NCBI GenBank assembly: GCA_035693505.1
Contig: DASSGK010000391.1
Location: forward strand, 307-64,306
Length of the DNA: 64,000 nucleotides
Direction of reading: 5' to 3'
Origin: Vicinamibacterales bacterium
Lineage (GTDB): Bacteria > Acidobacteriota > Vicinamibacteria > Vicinamibacterales > CAVVIG01
The notes below the pieces were generated by a model that ran no database searches, was not told the origin of the DNA, and worked only from the letters and a program-made list of their open reading frames with translations. This document shows, in pieces, positions 35,951-44,728 of the stretch. Positions within the stretch are counted from its first letter, which is position 1, and every line of letters begins with the position of its first letter. The translations under genes and the position numbers were made by a program.

Positions 35951-36891
35951 ACCACGGCCTCGCGCTGCGCGCGATACCAGTCGATCGTCCGCCGCAGGCC
36001 CTCGCGAAAATCGGTTTTTGCGATGAAGCCAAATCGCTTCTCCGCGCGCGTCACGTCGAGCATGCGCCGCGGCTGCCCGTCGGGCCTGGTGCGATCGAAG
36101 ACCAGCTTTCCCTCGAACCCCGTCTGCTCCGCGATTACCTCTGCGAGCTCGCGGATGCCGATCTCGAATCCGGCGCCCAGGTTCACCGGCTCGGGGTCGT
36201 CATAGCGCTCGGTCGCCAGCACGATCGCGTCCGCGCAATCCTCGACGAAGAGAAACTCGCGGGTGGCGTTGCCGGTGCCCCAGCAGACAACCTCCGGCGC
36301 TCCGCTCGCCACGGCGTCCATGCACTTCCGGATCAGGGCCGGAATGACGTGCGACGTTTTCGGATCGAAGTTGTCGTGCGGCCCGTACAAGTTGACCGGC
36401 AGCAGGTGGATGGCGTTGAACCCGTACTCCTGGCGGTACGCCTGGCCCTGAACCAGCAGCATCTTCTTGGCGATGCCGTATGGCGCATTGGTCTCTTCCG
36501 GATAGCCGTTCCAGAGATCCCGCTCGAGAAACGGCACGGGCGCCAGCTTGGGATACGCGCAGATGGTGCCGATGCCGACGAACTTTTCCACGCCGCTCCG
36601 GCGCGCGCACTCCATGGTCAGCGCGCCGAGCATGACGTTTTCGAAAAAGAAGCGTCCGGGCGAGTCGCGATTCGCGCCGATGCCGCCGACGACCGCCGCC
36701 AGGTGAATCACGATGTCCGGCGCGAGCTCGGCGTACATACGCTCCACGTCCGCTGAGCGCGTCAGATCGTACTGCGCCTTGCGCGGCACGAGCACCGTGC
36801 TGCCGCGCGCCTCGAGCGCCGACACGACATGGCGGCCGAGGAATCCGCTTCCGCCGGTCACCGCCACGCGCTTTGAAGCCAGACTCGTCAT
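35947..36891 (-). CDS. fcl: GDP-L-fucose synthase (GDP-4-keto-6-deoxymannose 3,5-epimerase/4-reductase)
   Basis: VTGGSGFLG...ICAYPK...NAPYGIAKK...[23 protein letters not shown]...[17 protein letters not shown]...[14 protein letters not shown] is collinear with E. coli Fcl. Confidence 0.85.
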   Translation of the reverse strand: MTSLASKRVAVTGGSGFLGRHVVSALEARGSTVLVPRKAQYDLTRSADVERMYAELAPDIVIHLAAVVGGIGANRDSPGRFFFENVMLGALTMECARRSGVEKFVGIGTICAYPKLAPVPFLERDLWNGYPEETNAPYGIAKKMLLVQGQAYRQEYGFNAIHLLPVNLYGPHDNFDPKTSHVIPALIRKCMDAVASGAPEVVCWGTGNATREFLFVEDCADAIVLATERYDDPEPVNLGAGFEIGIRELAEVIAEQTGFEGKLVFDRTRPDGQPRRMLDVTRAEKRFGFIAKTDFREGLRRTIDWYRAQREAVV

Positions 36892-36894
36892 GGA

Positions 36895-38691
36895 TCAGAT
36901 CTCCACTCGCGCGGCCTTGTCGCCGATCGCCGCAACCGCCACCCGCGGACGCTCGAGCACATGGCAGCCCATCACGAGCACGTCCATGCTCGTTCTCAGG
37001 AAGCAATCGAGCGCCTGCGCCGGCGTCAGGACGATCGGTTCGTTTTCGTTGAAAGACGTGTTCAGGAGCATCGGCACCCCGCTCAGGCGGCCGAAGGCCT
37101 TGATCAGGCTGTAGTAGCGCGGGTTCGTACGGGCACTGACCGTCTGGAGCCGTCCCGATCCGTCGACATGTGTGATGGCGGGAACGACCGTCCGCTTGTC
37201 GGGACGCACGGGATAGACCTGCAGCATGAAGGGATCCGGGACCGCGCCGACGAACCAGTCGTCAAGCGCTTCCTCCGCGACCGAAGGCGCGAACGGACGA
37301 AATCGCTCGCGAAACTTGATCCGCGTGTTGATGATCTCGCGCATGTCGGCGCGTCGCGGGTCGGCCACGATGCTGCGGTCGCCGAGCGCGCGGGCGCCCC
37401 ACTCCATGCGCCCCTGATACCAGCCGACGACGCGTCCGTCCGCGATCTGCTGCGCGGTCCAATCGTCGAGCGCCTGCTGATCCGTCCACGCCCGGCGTGC
37501 GCAGCCGCTTCCGGCGATCGCCGCCTGCTCGGCATCGAGCGCCTTGATGATGGCCGTGTCGTCGAAGGACGGACCCCAGTAGCCGTGCTCCATCACGAAA
37601 CCGCGAGGGCGTCCAGCCGTCTGATTCCAGGCATAGAAGGCCGCGCCGAGAGCCGTGCCGTTGTCGCCGGCGGCGGGCTGGATGAAAACTTCACGAAAGC
37701 CGGTCTGCTCACGAATCTTGCCGTTCGCCACGCTGTTCATCGCGCATCCTCCCGCGAGGCACAGCCTCTGGCTGCCGGTCGTTTTCTGGACGTGGCGAAG
37801 CACGTGCATCGCCGCCCGTTCGAACACCGCCTGCAGCGACGCGGCGATCGCTTCGTGCTTGGCGGCGACGGGCTCGTCTTTCCGGCGCGCCTGGCCGAGC
37901 AGTGACTCCAGCTTCGGCGTGAAGACCGCGCCAAGCGTCGGCTCGCCGTCCTCCCACGTCATCTGGACGCCTTCGGACCAGTGCCTGAAGTACGTCAAAT
38001 CCAGCTCGAAGCTGCCATCGCCGTCAAGGTGAAGGAGCGACTCGATCTCGCGCGTATAGCGCGGCTCGCCGTACGGTGCGAGGCCCATGATCTTGAACTC
38101 GTCGCCGTAGTTGGGAAACCCGAGGTACTGCGTGATCGCCAGATACAGCAGACCGAGCGAGTGCGGGAAGAAGACATGACCGTCGACGGTGATGCGCGAT
38201 CCGGCGAGCCGTCCCCACGACGTGCTGACAAAATCGCCGAAGCCGTCAATCGCGCAAATCGCCGCTTCGTCGAACGGTGAGACGAAAGCGGCGCTCGCCA
38301 GGTGCGCGGGATGATGCTCGACGTACTGAACTTTCCGGCGCACGCCCGCTTCGTCGAGCGCCAGCGCCTTCGCGATCGTGGCCGGCAGCGCGCGAAGACT
38401 CACCATGTTGCGGGCGCGGGACGCCACGGTTCCTTTGGGTCGATGCCGAAGGAGGAACCAGGCTTTCCGCAGAAGGTGAGCCTTCGGATCGCGCGACACG
38501 GCGAACACGTCGACATCCGAGGCGCGGATACCGCCCATGTCCAGACATGCGCGCATCGCCTCCGCGGGAAAACCGGCGACGTGCTTGATTCGGCGATAGC
38601 GTTCTTCCTCGACGGCGGCGACGAGCTGGCCGTCCCGCACGAGGGCGGCGGAGACGTCGCCGTGGTAGGCATTCAGGCCGAGAATGTTCAT
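36895..38691 (-). CDS. NodU/CmcH-family carbamoyltransferase
   Basis: MNILGLNAYHGDVSAALVRDGQLVAAVEEERYRRIKHVAGFP...; C-terminal NTSFNENEPIV. ATG 38689-38691 overlaps the upstream TGA (ATGA). The ORF-track start at 38916 is an extension. Confidence 0.85.
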   Translation of the reverse strand: MNILGLNAYHGDVSAALVRDGQLVAAVEEERYRRIKHVAGFPAEAMRACLDMGGIRASDVDVFAVSRDPKAHLLRKAWFLLRHRPKGTVASRARNMVSLRALPATIAKALALDEAGVRRKVQYVEHHPAHLASAAFVSPFDEAAICAIDGFGDFVSTSWGRLAGSRITVDGHVFFPHSLGLLYLAITQYLGFPNYGDEFKIMGLAPYGEPRYTREIESLLHLDGDGSFELDLTYFRHWSEGVQMTWEDGEPTLGAVFTPKLESLLGQARRKDEPVAAKHEAIAASLQAVFERAAMHVLRHVQKTTGSQRLCLAGGCAMNSVANGKIREQTGFREVFIQPAAGDNGTALGAAFYAWNQTAGRPRGFVMEHGYWGPSFDDTAIIKALDAEQAAIAGSGCARRAWTDQQALDDWTAQQIADGRVVGWYQGRMEWGARALGDRSIVADPRRADMREIINTRIKFRERFRPFAPSVAEEALDDWFVGAVPDPFMLQVYPVRPDKRTVVPAITHVDGSGRLQTVSARTNPRYYSLIKAFGRLSGVPMLLNTSFNENEPIVLTPAQALDCFLRTSMDVLVMGCHVLERPRVAVAAIGDKAARVEI

Positions 38692-39737
38692 GACGCTGTC
38701 GGCAGCAAGGCTGCGAAGCGGTCGCGGAACCGCTCCTCGGTGAACTGCTGAAGGAACCGGGCGCGGCCCCGCGCGCCCATCGCGGCGGTGGCGGGCCGAT
38801 CGCGAAGCACTCGAATCACAGTTTCGCGCAATCGCGTCCGGTCGTCGGGCGACACCAGCAATCCCGTTTCTCCGTCGGCGATGATCTCGGCCGCCGCACC
38901 GGGGCTGCCGATGCATGCCCTGGCCGCGCGCATGGCCTCGACGAATACGAACCCGAACCCTTCATCGCGGCTCGGCATCACGAACGCCGTGCATCGCTCG
39001 TACTCCCGCTGCAGGGCATCCTCGTCGAGGCGCCCGAGAAACAACACGCGATCGCCGAGCGCGAGTGACGCCGCCTTTCCTTCGAGGCGCACGCGATCGT
39101 CGCCGTCGCCGACGATGCGCAACGTGGCGTCTGGCACGGCCGCGATCACGTCGCGCCAGATTTCCAGCAACGAGTCGTGTCCCTTGTAGCGTTCGTCGCG
39201 AGCCATGCGCCCGACGATGAGGGCGGACGGCGGACCGGCCGGCAACTGGTCGTCGCCCGCCAGTGCGCCGACGCCCAGGTGACACACGTCCACCTGGCGG
39301 TCGGCGAACTGCGGGTTGGCCTTCAGAAAACCGGCGCGCGTGAATTGCGAGATGGCGATCAATTTCGCGGCGCGGCGCAGTGCCGTGTTCTGCAGAACAC
39401 TCAGACGCCTCCACGCTTCCACGCCGCACAGCATCGTCGTCACGGGCGCCCCGTGGGACATGAACGGCAGCGACGCAGGTGCCAGATGGAGGTGCGTGAC
39501 AATCACGCCCGCATGCGGATTCGCGGATCTCGCGGCCCGCAAGGCATCGATCACGAATCGCCAGCGGTTCCCGCCGCTGCCATGCACCGTGGCCTGCCCG
39601 AATCGCGACGCTGACGCCGGCTCGTGGAGTGCCAGTACCGTCACCTCCTCAAAGCTGCGGGTTACCAGACGCGCGAGACGCGAGATTCCGTCGGAGCCGT
39701 ACAGGTTCGGCGTCAGCACGAAGACGGGCGTGGGCAC
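38688..39737 (-). CDS. Glycosyltransferase family 4
   Basis: GT-B pattern with SRDEGFGFVFVEAMRAARACIGS...ETGLLV. GTG start at 39735-39737. Confidence 0.8.
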   Translation of the reverse strand: MPTPVFVLTPNLYGSDGISRLARLVTRSFEEVTVLALHEPASASRFGQATVHGSGGNRWRFVIDALRAARSANPHAGVIVTHLHLAPASLPFMSHGAPVTTMLCGVEAWRRLSVLQNTALRRAAKLIAISQFTRAGFLKANPQFADRQVDVCHLGVGALAGDDQLPAGPPSALIVGRMARDERYKGHDSLLEIWRDVIAAVPDATLRIVGDGDDRVRLEGKAASLALGDRVLFLGRLDEDALQREYERCTAFVMPSRDEGFGFVFVEAMRAARACIGSPGAAAEIIADGETGLLVSPDDRTRLRETVIRVLRDRPATAAMGARGRARFLQQFTEERFRDRFAALLPTAS

Positions 39738-39738
39738 G

Positions 39739-40887
39739 TTATGTCAGATCCGAGTAGAGGCGGGCCATGCGGGATGCGACGGCGTCCCAGGAGTACCGGT
39801 CGCGCGCAAACCCCGCACCGCGCTCGCCCATGTTCTTCCGGAGCGATGGGTCGCGAACGAGCGCGCTCAGCGCGCCGGCGATGGCTGGCGCTGTCTGTTC
39901 GACCCAGAAACCGCAGCCGTTCGTCTCCAGCTCACTCCACGGCGTGGTGCGCGTTGCGATCACGGGCACGCCGGAGGCCAGCGATTCGACCACCGACATG
40001 CCGAAGCTCTCCGAGTCGGAGCACTGGACCAGGACATCGGCATCCTTCACGAGCGCCCACTTGTCGGCGTCGTGGATCTCTCCGATCGCGTGAACATGTT
40101 CGGCACCATCAGCCGCCCGCGCGAGCAGGCCCGGTATCAAATGCTGTTCATCGGGACCAGCCAGCACGAGATGCATGTGCGGGTGCGCGACCCGTGTCGC
40201 GGTAAGCGCGTCGACCAGCAGATCCAGCCGCTTGATTCGGTGCATGCGGCCGAGGAACAACACGACGAACGCCTCGGCGGGAATGCCGAGGCGCGAGCGG
40301 AATCCAGGCGTGGACCGGCGCGCCGCCGTCAGATCGACGCCGTTCGGTACGACCTCGATTCGCGCCCCGAGATCGAGCGCCCGAAGCGCCGTCGCCTCCT
40401 GCTCCGACGTCGCATGAAGGAGCGCGGCGCCTTTCACGTTGCGGGCATCGACGAGCGACCAGGCCGCGGCCTTACGCATGCGGCCACGACGCATCGCCTC
40501 TGGCTGCAGCATGCCCCGCGGTGAGATGACATAGGGGGTGTCCAGCGCGCGCGCCATTCGCGACGCCCACCACTCCGGGACGTTCCAGATCCCGTGAATG
40601 TGACATACGTCCGCGCCCGCCAGCGCGCTCTTCAAAGGACCGCGCACACGCGCGCCGAAGAAACGGCGTGGAAACGCTCGATCGGCGTAGTGCACCGGGA
40701 CGCCGTCGTACTTCTCACCGCCGGGCGGCGACGGCGGCAGGCTTGCGCGCCCGTTGGCGGTCGTTGTCACGACTTCGACGTCGACCCCCGCTCGCTGCAG
40801 CCCCTGACATAGACCCAGCACAGACGCGGGCGGGCCGCCGTACGGCAGCGCAGGCGGAAAGTAAGGCGTGACGTGGAGAACCCTCAA
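39739..40887 (-). CDS. Glycosyltransferase family 4
   Basis: RVLHVTPYFPPALPYGGPPASVLGLCQGL...SDSESFGMSVVESLASGVPVIAT. TTG start at 40885-40887. Confidence 0.8.
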   Translation of the reverse strand: MRVLHVTPYFPPALPYGGPPASVLGLCQGLQRAGVDVEVVTTTANGRASLPPSPPGGEKYDGVPVHYADRAFPRRFFGARVRGPLKSALAGADVCHIHGIWNVPEWWASRMARALDTPYVISPRGMLQPEAMRRGRMRKAAAWSLVDARNVKGAALLHATSEQEATALRALDLGARIEVVPNGVDLTAARRSTPGFRSRLGIPAEAFVVLFLGRMHRIKRLDLLVDALTATRVAHPHMHLVLAGPDEQHLIPGLLARAADGAEHVHAIGEIHDADKWALVKDADVLVQCSDSESFGMSVVESLASGVPVIATRTTPWSELETNGCGFWVEQTAPAIAGALSALVRDPSLRKNMGERGAGFARDRYSWDAVASRMARLYSDLT

Positions 40888-40890
40888 CCG

Positions 40891-42330
40891 TCAGGTCCGA
40901 TGGTGCCCGGCGGGCGTCAGCACGAATTCCTCATCGGTCTCGCCTTGTTTCGCGGTGTACTGGATCAGGAGGAACCGATCGAGGAGCACGACCGGTCCGC
41001 CGAGATACACCATGAACCCGACGGTGACTCCGAGCATCGTCGCCCACGAACGCTCGAAGAGATAGATCGAGATCCAGAACGAGACCGTCGCGAAGGCGAC
41101 GAACAGCTCACGGTGCCAGATCAGCGATCGAAACACCGCGTAGCAGGCGCCGACGAAAATACCGAACGCGAACACCGGCAAGAACATCCAGGGCATGCCG
41201 AAGTCGATATAGGACTCCGCCGAATAGCCAAAGGCGATGCTCGTGCCGGCCTCGCGCCCCGCGACGGCGACGTTCGCATACTTGCGGACTTCGTCGCTGT
41301 CCGACGGCAGGTCGCCCTTGTTCGGGAAGAAGACGCGCGGCGTCACGATGTGCAGCAACGCGGCGCCGAGGATCTGGCCGTCCGTGTGCGGAAGCACCGA
41401 CGGCACGCGCTTCAGCGCGAGCGCCGGATAGTAGATGGTCCACATCCGGTCGACCAGCTGATCGGTCGTCGCGAGCAGGCTCTCCGTGTCGCTCTTCATG
41501 AACGACGACGTCAAATCCTCGACCCGCGTGATGCGCGCGTTCCTCGATCCCGAGAACTGATCCACCTGCACGTATTCGCGGCGGTAGTCGGTCCGGATGC
41601 CCATCCACAAAACGCCGAGCGCGCAGATGACGACGGACGCAACGGTCAGCGCCATCCAGTGCCTGGCATTCCGGCGATCGAACACCTCGAGCACCGCCAG
41701 GATCGCGAGCACGATCGGCTCGCGAAAACCGGCAAAGAACCCGGTGATGCCGAGCACGATTTCGATCGCGACCACGAGCGCCACGAGGCCGAAGCGTGAC
41801 GGCGGCGCGCACAACCGCCGCAGAATCAGGAACAGCACCCCGAGGCGAGCGGAATCGAACGTCGTGATGATCTGGCGAAGCGAGGGATAGTCGGGCGCGA
41901 CCGCCGACAGCGTCCCTTCCATGAACACCGTCCCGACGTAGACCGCGATGAGGAGGCCGAACGAAAACGCAAATCCCGGACGAGGCACGTTCGGGTCGGG
42001 AGCCTTTCTGGCGAAGAAACCCAACCGGATTCCAGCGGCCAGGGACAGACAGCAGCCGAGCGCGATCATCACCATCGGGCGCCAGTCGCTGTCGTAGATC
42101 GCCATCACCTGGCGCCCGGTCAGGCCGTAGTAGATCAGGCCGAGGTTGCCCTGCATCCAGTGGAACGAGATCGCGATCGGCAGCACGAACAGGCCGTCGC
42201 CCGTCATGACCAGCCTGACGCACACCATCAGGGTCATCACCGCGGCGGCGGTGAGCCAGTCGTCGGTGACGAGGCCGGCCACGAGCCCGGCCAATCCGAG
42301 GGCGATCAGGTCGAGATCAGAGATCCGCAT
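40891..42330 (-). CDS. Polytopic membrane protein with a large central soluble loop; candidate repeat-unit polymerase (Wzy-like), family unassigned
   Basis: About 10 hydrophobic segments are split by a hydrophilic loop of about 130 aa (RTDYRREYVQVDQFSG...VAGREAG). It is embedded among GT genes. I saw no O-antigen-ligase, exosortase or MOP-flippase motifs. Confidence 0.4.
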   Translation of the reverse strand: MRISDLDLIALGLAGLVAGLVTDDWLTAAAVMTLMVCVRLVMTGDGLFVLPIAISFHWMQGNLGLIYYGLTGRQVMAIYDSDWRPMVMIALGCCLSLAAGIRLGFFARKAPDPNVPRPGFAFSFGLLIAVYVGTVFMEGTLSAVAPDYPSLRQIITTFDSARLGVLFLILRRLCAPPSRFGLVALVVAIEIVLGITGFFAGFREPIVLAILAVLEVFDRRNARHWMALTVASVVICALGVLWMGIRTDYRREYVQVDQFSGSRNARITRVEDLTSSFMKSDTESLLATTDQLVDRMWTIYYPALALKRVPSVLPHTDGQILGAALLHIVTPRVFFPNKGDLPSDSDEVRKYANVAVAGREAGTSIAFGYSAESYIDFGMPWMFLPVFAFGIFVGACYAVFRSLIWHRELFVAFATVSFWISIYLFERSWATMLGVTVGFMVYLGGPVVLLDRFLLIQYTAKQGETDEEFVLTPAGHHRT

Positions 42331-44728
42331 GAATACGCTCGTGCGATCCGAGGCCGAACACCGCGCTCCACGAAGCCGCGAAGCGCCCCTCGCTGTAGTT
42401 GGCGGCCGACATTCGCGCCGCTTGCCCCGCTCTTGCGAGGTCGTCCGGACGCTTCAGGAAGAATTCGAGACCCTCTGCCAGAGCGCTCGCTGTGATTTCA
42501 GGGCAGACCCATCCATCGTCCCCGTGTGAGACGAGCTCCGGAAGATCGCCGCTCATCGTGACCACAGAGGGCACGCCAGACATCTTGGCCTCGAGCACGA
42601 CGTTGCCGAACGCTTCCCGCTGTTCGAGAAGGCTGGGACAACAGTGTACGCTCGCGCGGCTCATCAACGTCGGCACATCTTCCCGCCAGCCGAGAAAATT
42701 GACGGCGCCCTCGAGGTCGGGGCGTGCCGCTCGAGCTCGCAGTGAGGCACGATGGCCCCGATATACCGGAGATTCCCAGCCGTCCATGTCTCCGACGACG
42801 TCGAGCGTCGCATCCACGCCGCGCGCGCGGAGCAGCGCGACGGAGTCGAGCAGGACATCGACGCCTTTTTCCGGAATGATCTGGCCGACGAAGATGATTC
42901 GGCCCGGAATGCGCGGACCGTTCGCGTTCCACTGCGTCGCGCGGCGTGTCGGCATGTTTGGAATCGTCTGCACCTTGTCCGGCCGGACCTGCACCGCCAG
43001 CAGCTCGCGGCGCGTGAATCCGGAATTCGAGACGAAGAGATCGACGAACGGGTTGATCACATATCGCCAGAGGAGCCGATAGAATCGGCCTGGCGCAGGC
43101 GCGTTCCCCAGCCGCGCGACGATTCGGACACCGCGCGCGCGAAGCCAGAGCAGCGCCAGCGAGTTGCGCAGCACAGCCTGATAGTCGGGCAGGAAAATGT
43201 GCGTGGGCCGGATCCGGCGGGACACACGCAGCAAATCCGCGCTCACTCGCCACACTTCGACGGCCATCTTCACCATGATGAGCGGCGTCAGCCGTCGGCG
43301 CTTCAACGGAAACCAGTACGGTCCCACCGACCAGCTCGCGCCGCTCGCTTCGGCGAGCGGCGTGATTCGGAAGTTCTCCCAGCCGTTGACGATCGCGTGG
43401 CACGCCGCTCCATGCTTGCGGGCTGCATCGAGCACCTCGAATGTGATCCGCTCGAGGCCGCCGGCAATCACCATCTGGCCGCAGCAGGCAATGATGCGGG
43501 ACGCCGCCTTACTCCACTCGGGCTCTGGTCCGGGTGAATGCGGCAGCACCGATCGGGCCGCGCGCACGACGCCCGCAGTCATCGCGTCGTAGCTGTACGA
43601 CGCGATCAGCTCACGGCACGCCGGACCCCAAGCGTGCCCCTCCGATTTGCGATGGCGGACCTTCGCGAGCGTCATCGCCAGCGCATCGATATCGTCCAGC
43701 GGATAGACGTACCCGGTGTCGCCGTCGCGAATCAGGTCGGGCGCGCACCCGACCGCGTTGCTCACCACGCATGGAAGGCCGGTCGCGAGGGCTTCGTTGA
43801 CGACGAGCCCCCACGTCTCCGGAAAGTCGCTCGGGAGCGTCAGACAATCGGCGAGCGCGTACGGCTCTCCGAGCTGACCCTGATTGAGAAAGCCGGCCAT
43901 CCGCAGCGAGACTTTCAGTTTCTCGGCTTCGGCGCGCACATCCGCCTCGAGCGGACCGGACCCCACGACCATCAGGGTCGCACCCGGCGCAAGGCGCGCG
44001 ACCGCTTTCACGACGTTCAGGGGGCGTTTGGATTCGACGAGCTTCCCGACGAACAGCACCACGAACGCATCCGGTGCGATGCCCCAGCGAAGACGCGCCG
44101 CCGCACGCACGTCGGGATGGTGGTACGGCTCGGCGGCCGCGGCAAACATCTCGTTGTCCACCGCATGCGGGACCTGGAAAATGCGATGGTCGGGCACGCC
44201 ATACCAGTGCAGGTACTCACGAACCCGCACTCCCGGCGACAGGAACCCGTCGAACTGGCGCAGCAGGAACTTCGTTTTGAGCACCCACAACGGGCGTCTC
44301 CACCCGAGCGGTCCGCTGAGCAGATGAGAATCGCCGCGATACAACGTCGGCACGCCCAGCCGGCGGCATGCGAAGAGCGCCCTGACCAGAGTGACCGAGT
44401 ACCAACCGGTGATCAGGACGACATCCGGCCTGGTCTCGGCGATTGCGGCTCCGATCTCCGGCACGTCCAGACCCGTGAAGGATCCGCTGTCGATGCGATC
44501 CGTTTCATGAGGCGGCCGGACGACGATCGATCGATAGCCTTCCGTGAGCGGGATGTCCCACTCGAACGCGTGATCGAAACCAACGCCCTGCTGCGCCGGC
44601 GTCGGCTGCGTGGCGTGCACCACGGTCAGCGACACTTCTGGCGCCCGGGCGTGGATGCGCCGGAACCAGGGCGCGTAGTACTGAATGGGATGCGTCAACA
44701 CAGCAGTCAGGCGGACGGGCGTCGTCAT
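42317..44728 (-). CDS. Tandem GT4-GT4 fusion glycosyltransferase (803 aa)
   Basis: The N-terminal half has FVGKLVESKRP...SDFPETWGLVVNEALATGLPCVVS...GDTGYVY. The C-terminal half has FVGQIIPEKGVD...EQREAFGNVVLEAKMSGVPSVVT...GDDGWVC. This is one uninterrupted ORF. ATG 44726-44728 overlaps the upstream TGA. Confidence 0.8.
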   Translation of the reverse strand: MTTPVRLTAVLTHPIQYYAPWFRRIHARAPEVSLTVVHATQPTPAQQGVGFDHAFEWDIPLTEGYRSIVVRPPHETDRIDSGSFTGLDVPEIGAAIAETRPDVVLITGWYSVTLVRALFACRRLGVPTLYRGDSHLLSGPLGWRRPLWVLKTKFLLRQFDGFLSPGVRVREYLHWYGVPDHRIFQVPHAVDNEMFAAAAEPYHHPDVRAAARLRWGIAPDAFVVLFVGKLVESKRPLNVVKAVARLAPGATLMVVGSGPLEADVRAEAEKLKVSLRMAGFLNQGQLGEPYALADCLTLPSDFPETWGLVVNEALATGLPCVVSNAVGCAPDLIRDGDTGYVYPLDDIDALAMTLAKVRHRKSEGHAWGPACRELIASYSYDAMTAGVVRAARSVLPHSPGPEPEWSKAASRIIACCGQMVIAGGLERITFEVLDAARKHGAACHAIVNGWENFRITPLAEASGASWSVGPYWFPLKRRRLTPLIMVKMAVEVWRVSADLLRVSRRIRPTHIFLPDYQAVLRNSLALLWLRARGVRIVARLGNAPAPGRFYRLLWRYVINPFVDLFVSNSGFTRRELLAVQVRPDKVQTIPNMPTRRATQWNANGPRIPGRIIFVGQIIPEKGVDVLLDSVALLRARGVDATLDVVGDMDGWESPVYRGHRASLRARAARPDLEGAVNFLGWREDVPTLMSRASVHCCPSLLEQREAFGNVVLEAKMSGVPSVVTMSGDLPELVSHGDDGWVCPEITASALAEGLEFFLKRPDDLARAGQAARMSAANYSEGRFAASWSAVFGLGSHERIHADL

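Noticed and set aside
40891-42330. Considered as the missing exosortase (EpsH) of a PEP-CTERM-type locus.
   Set aside because: I could not find the conserved Cys/Arg/His catalytic-motif arrangement of exosortases. The architecture, TM bundles split by a large soluble loop, fits a polymerase-like protein better.
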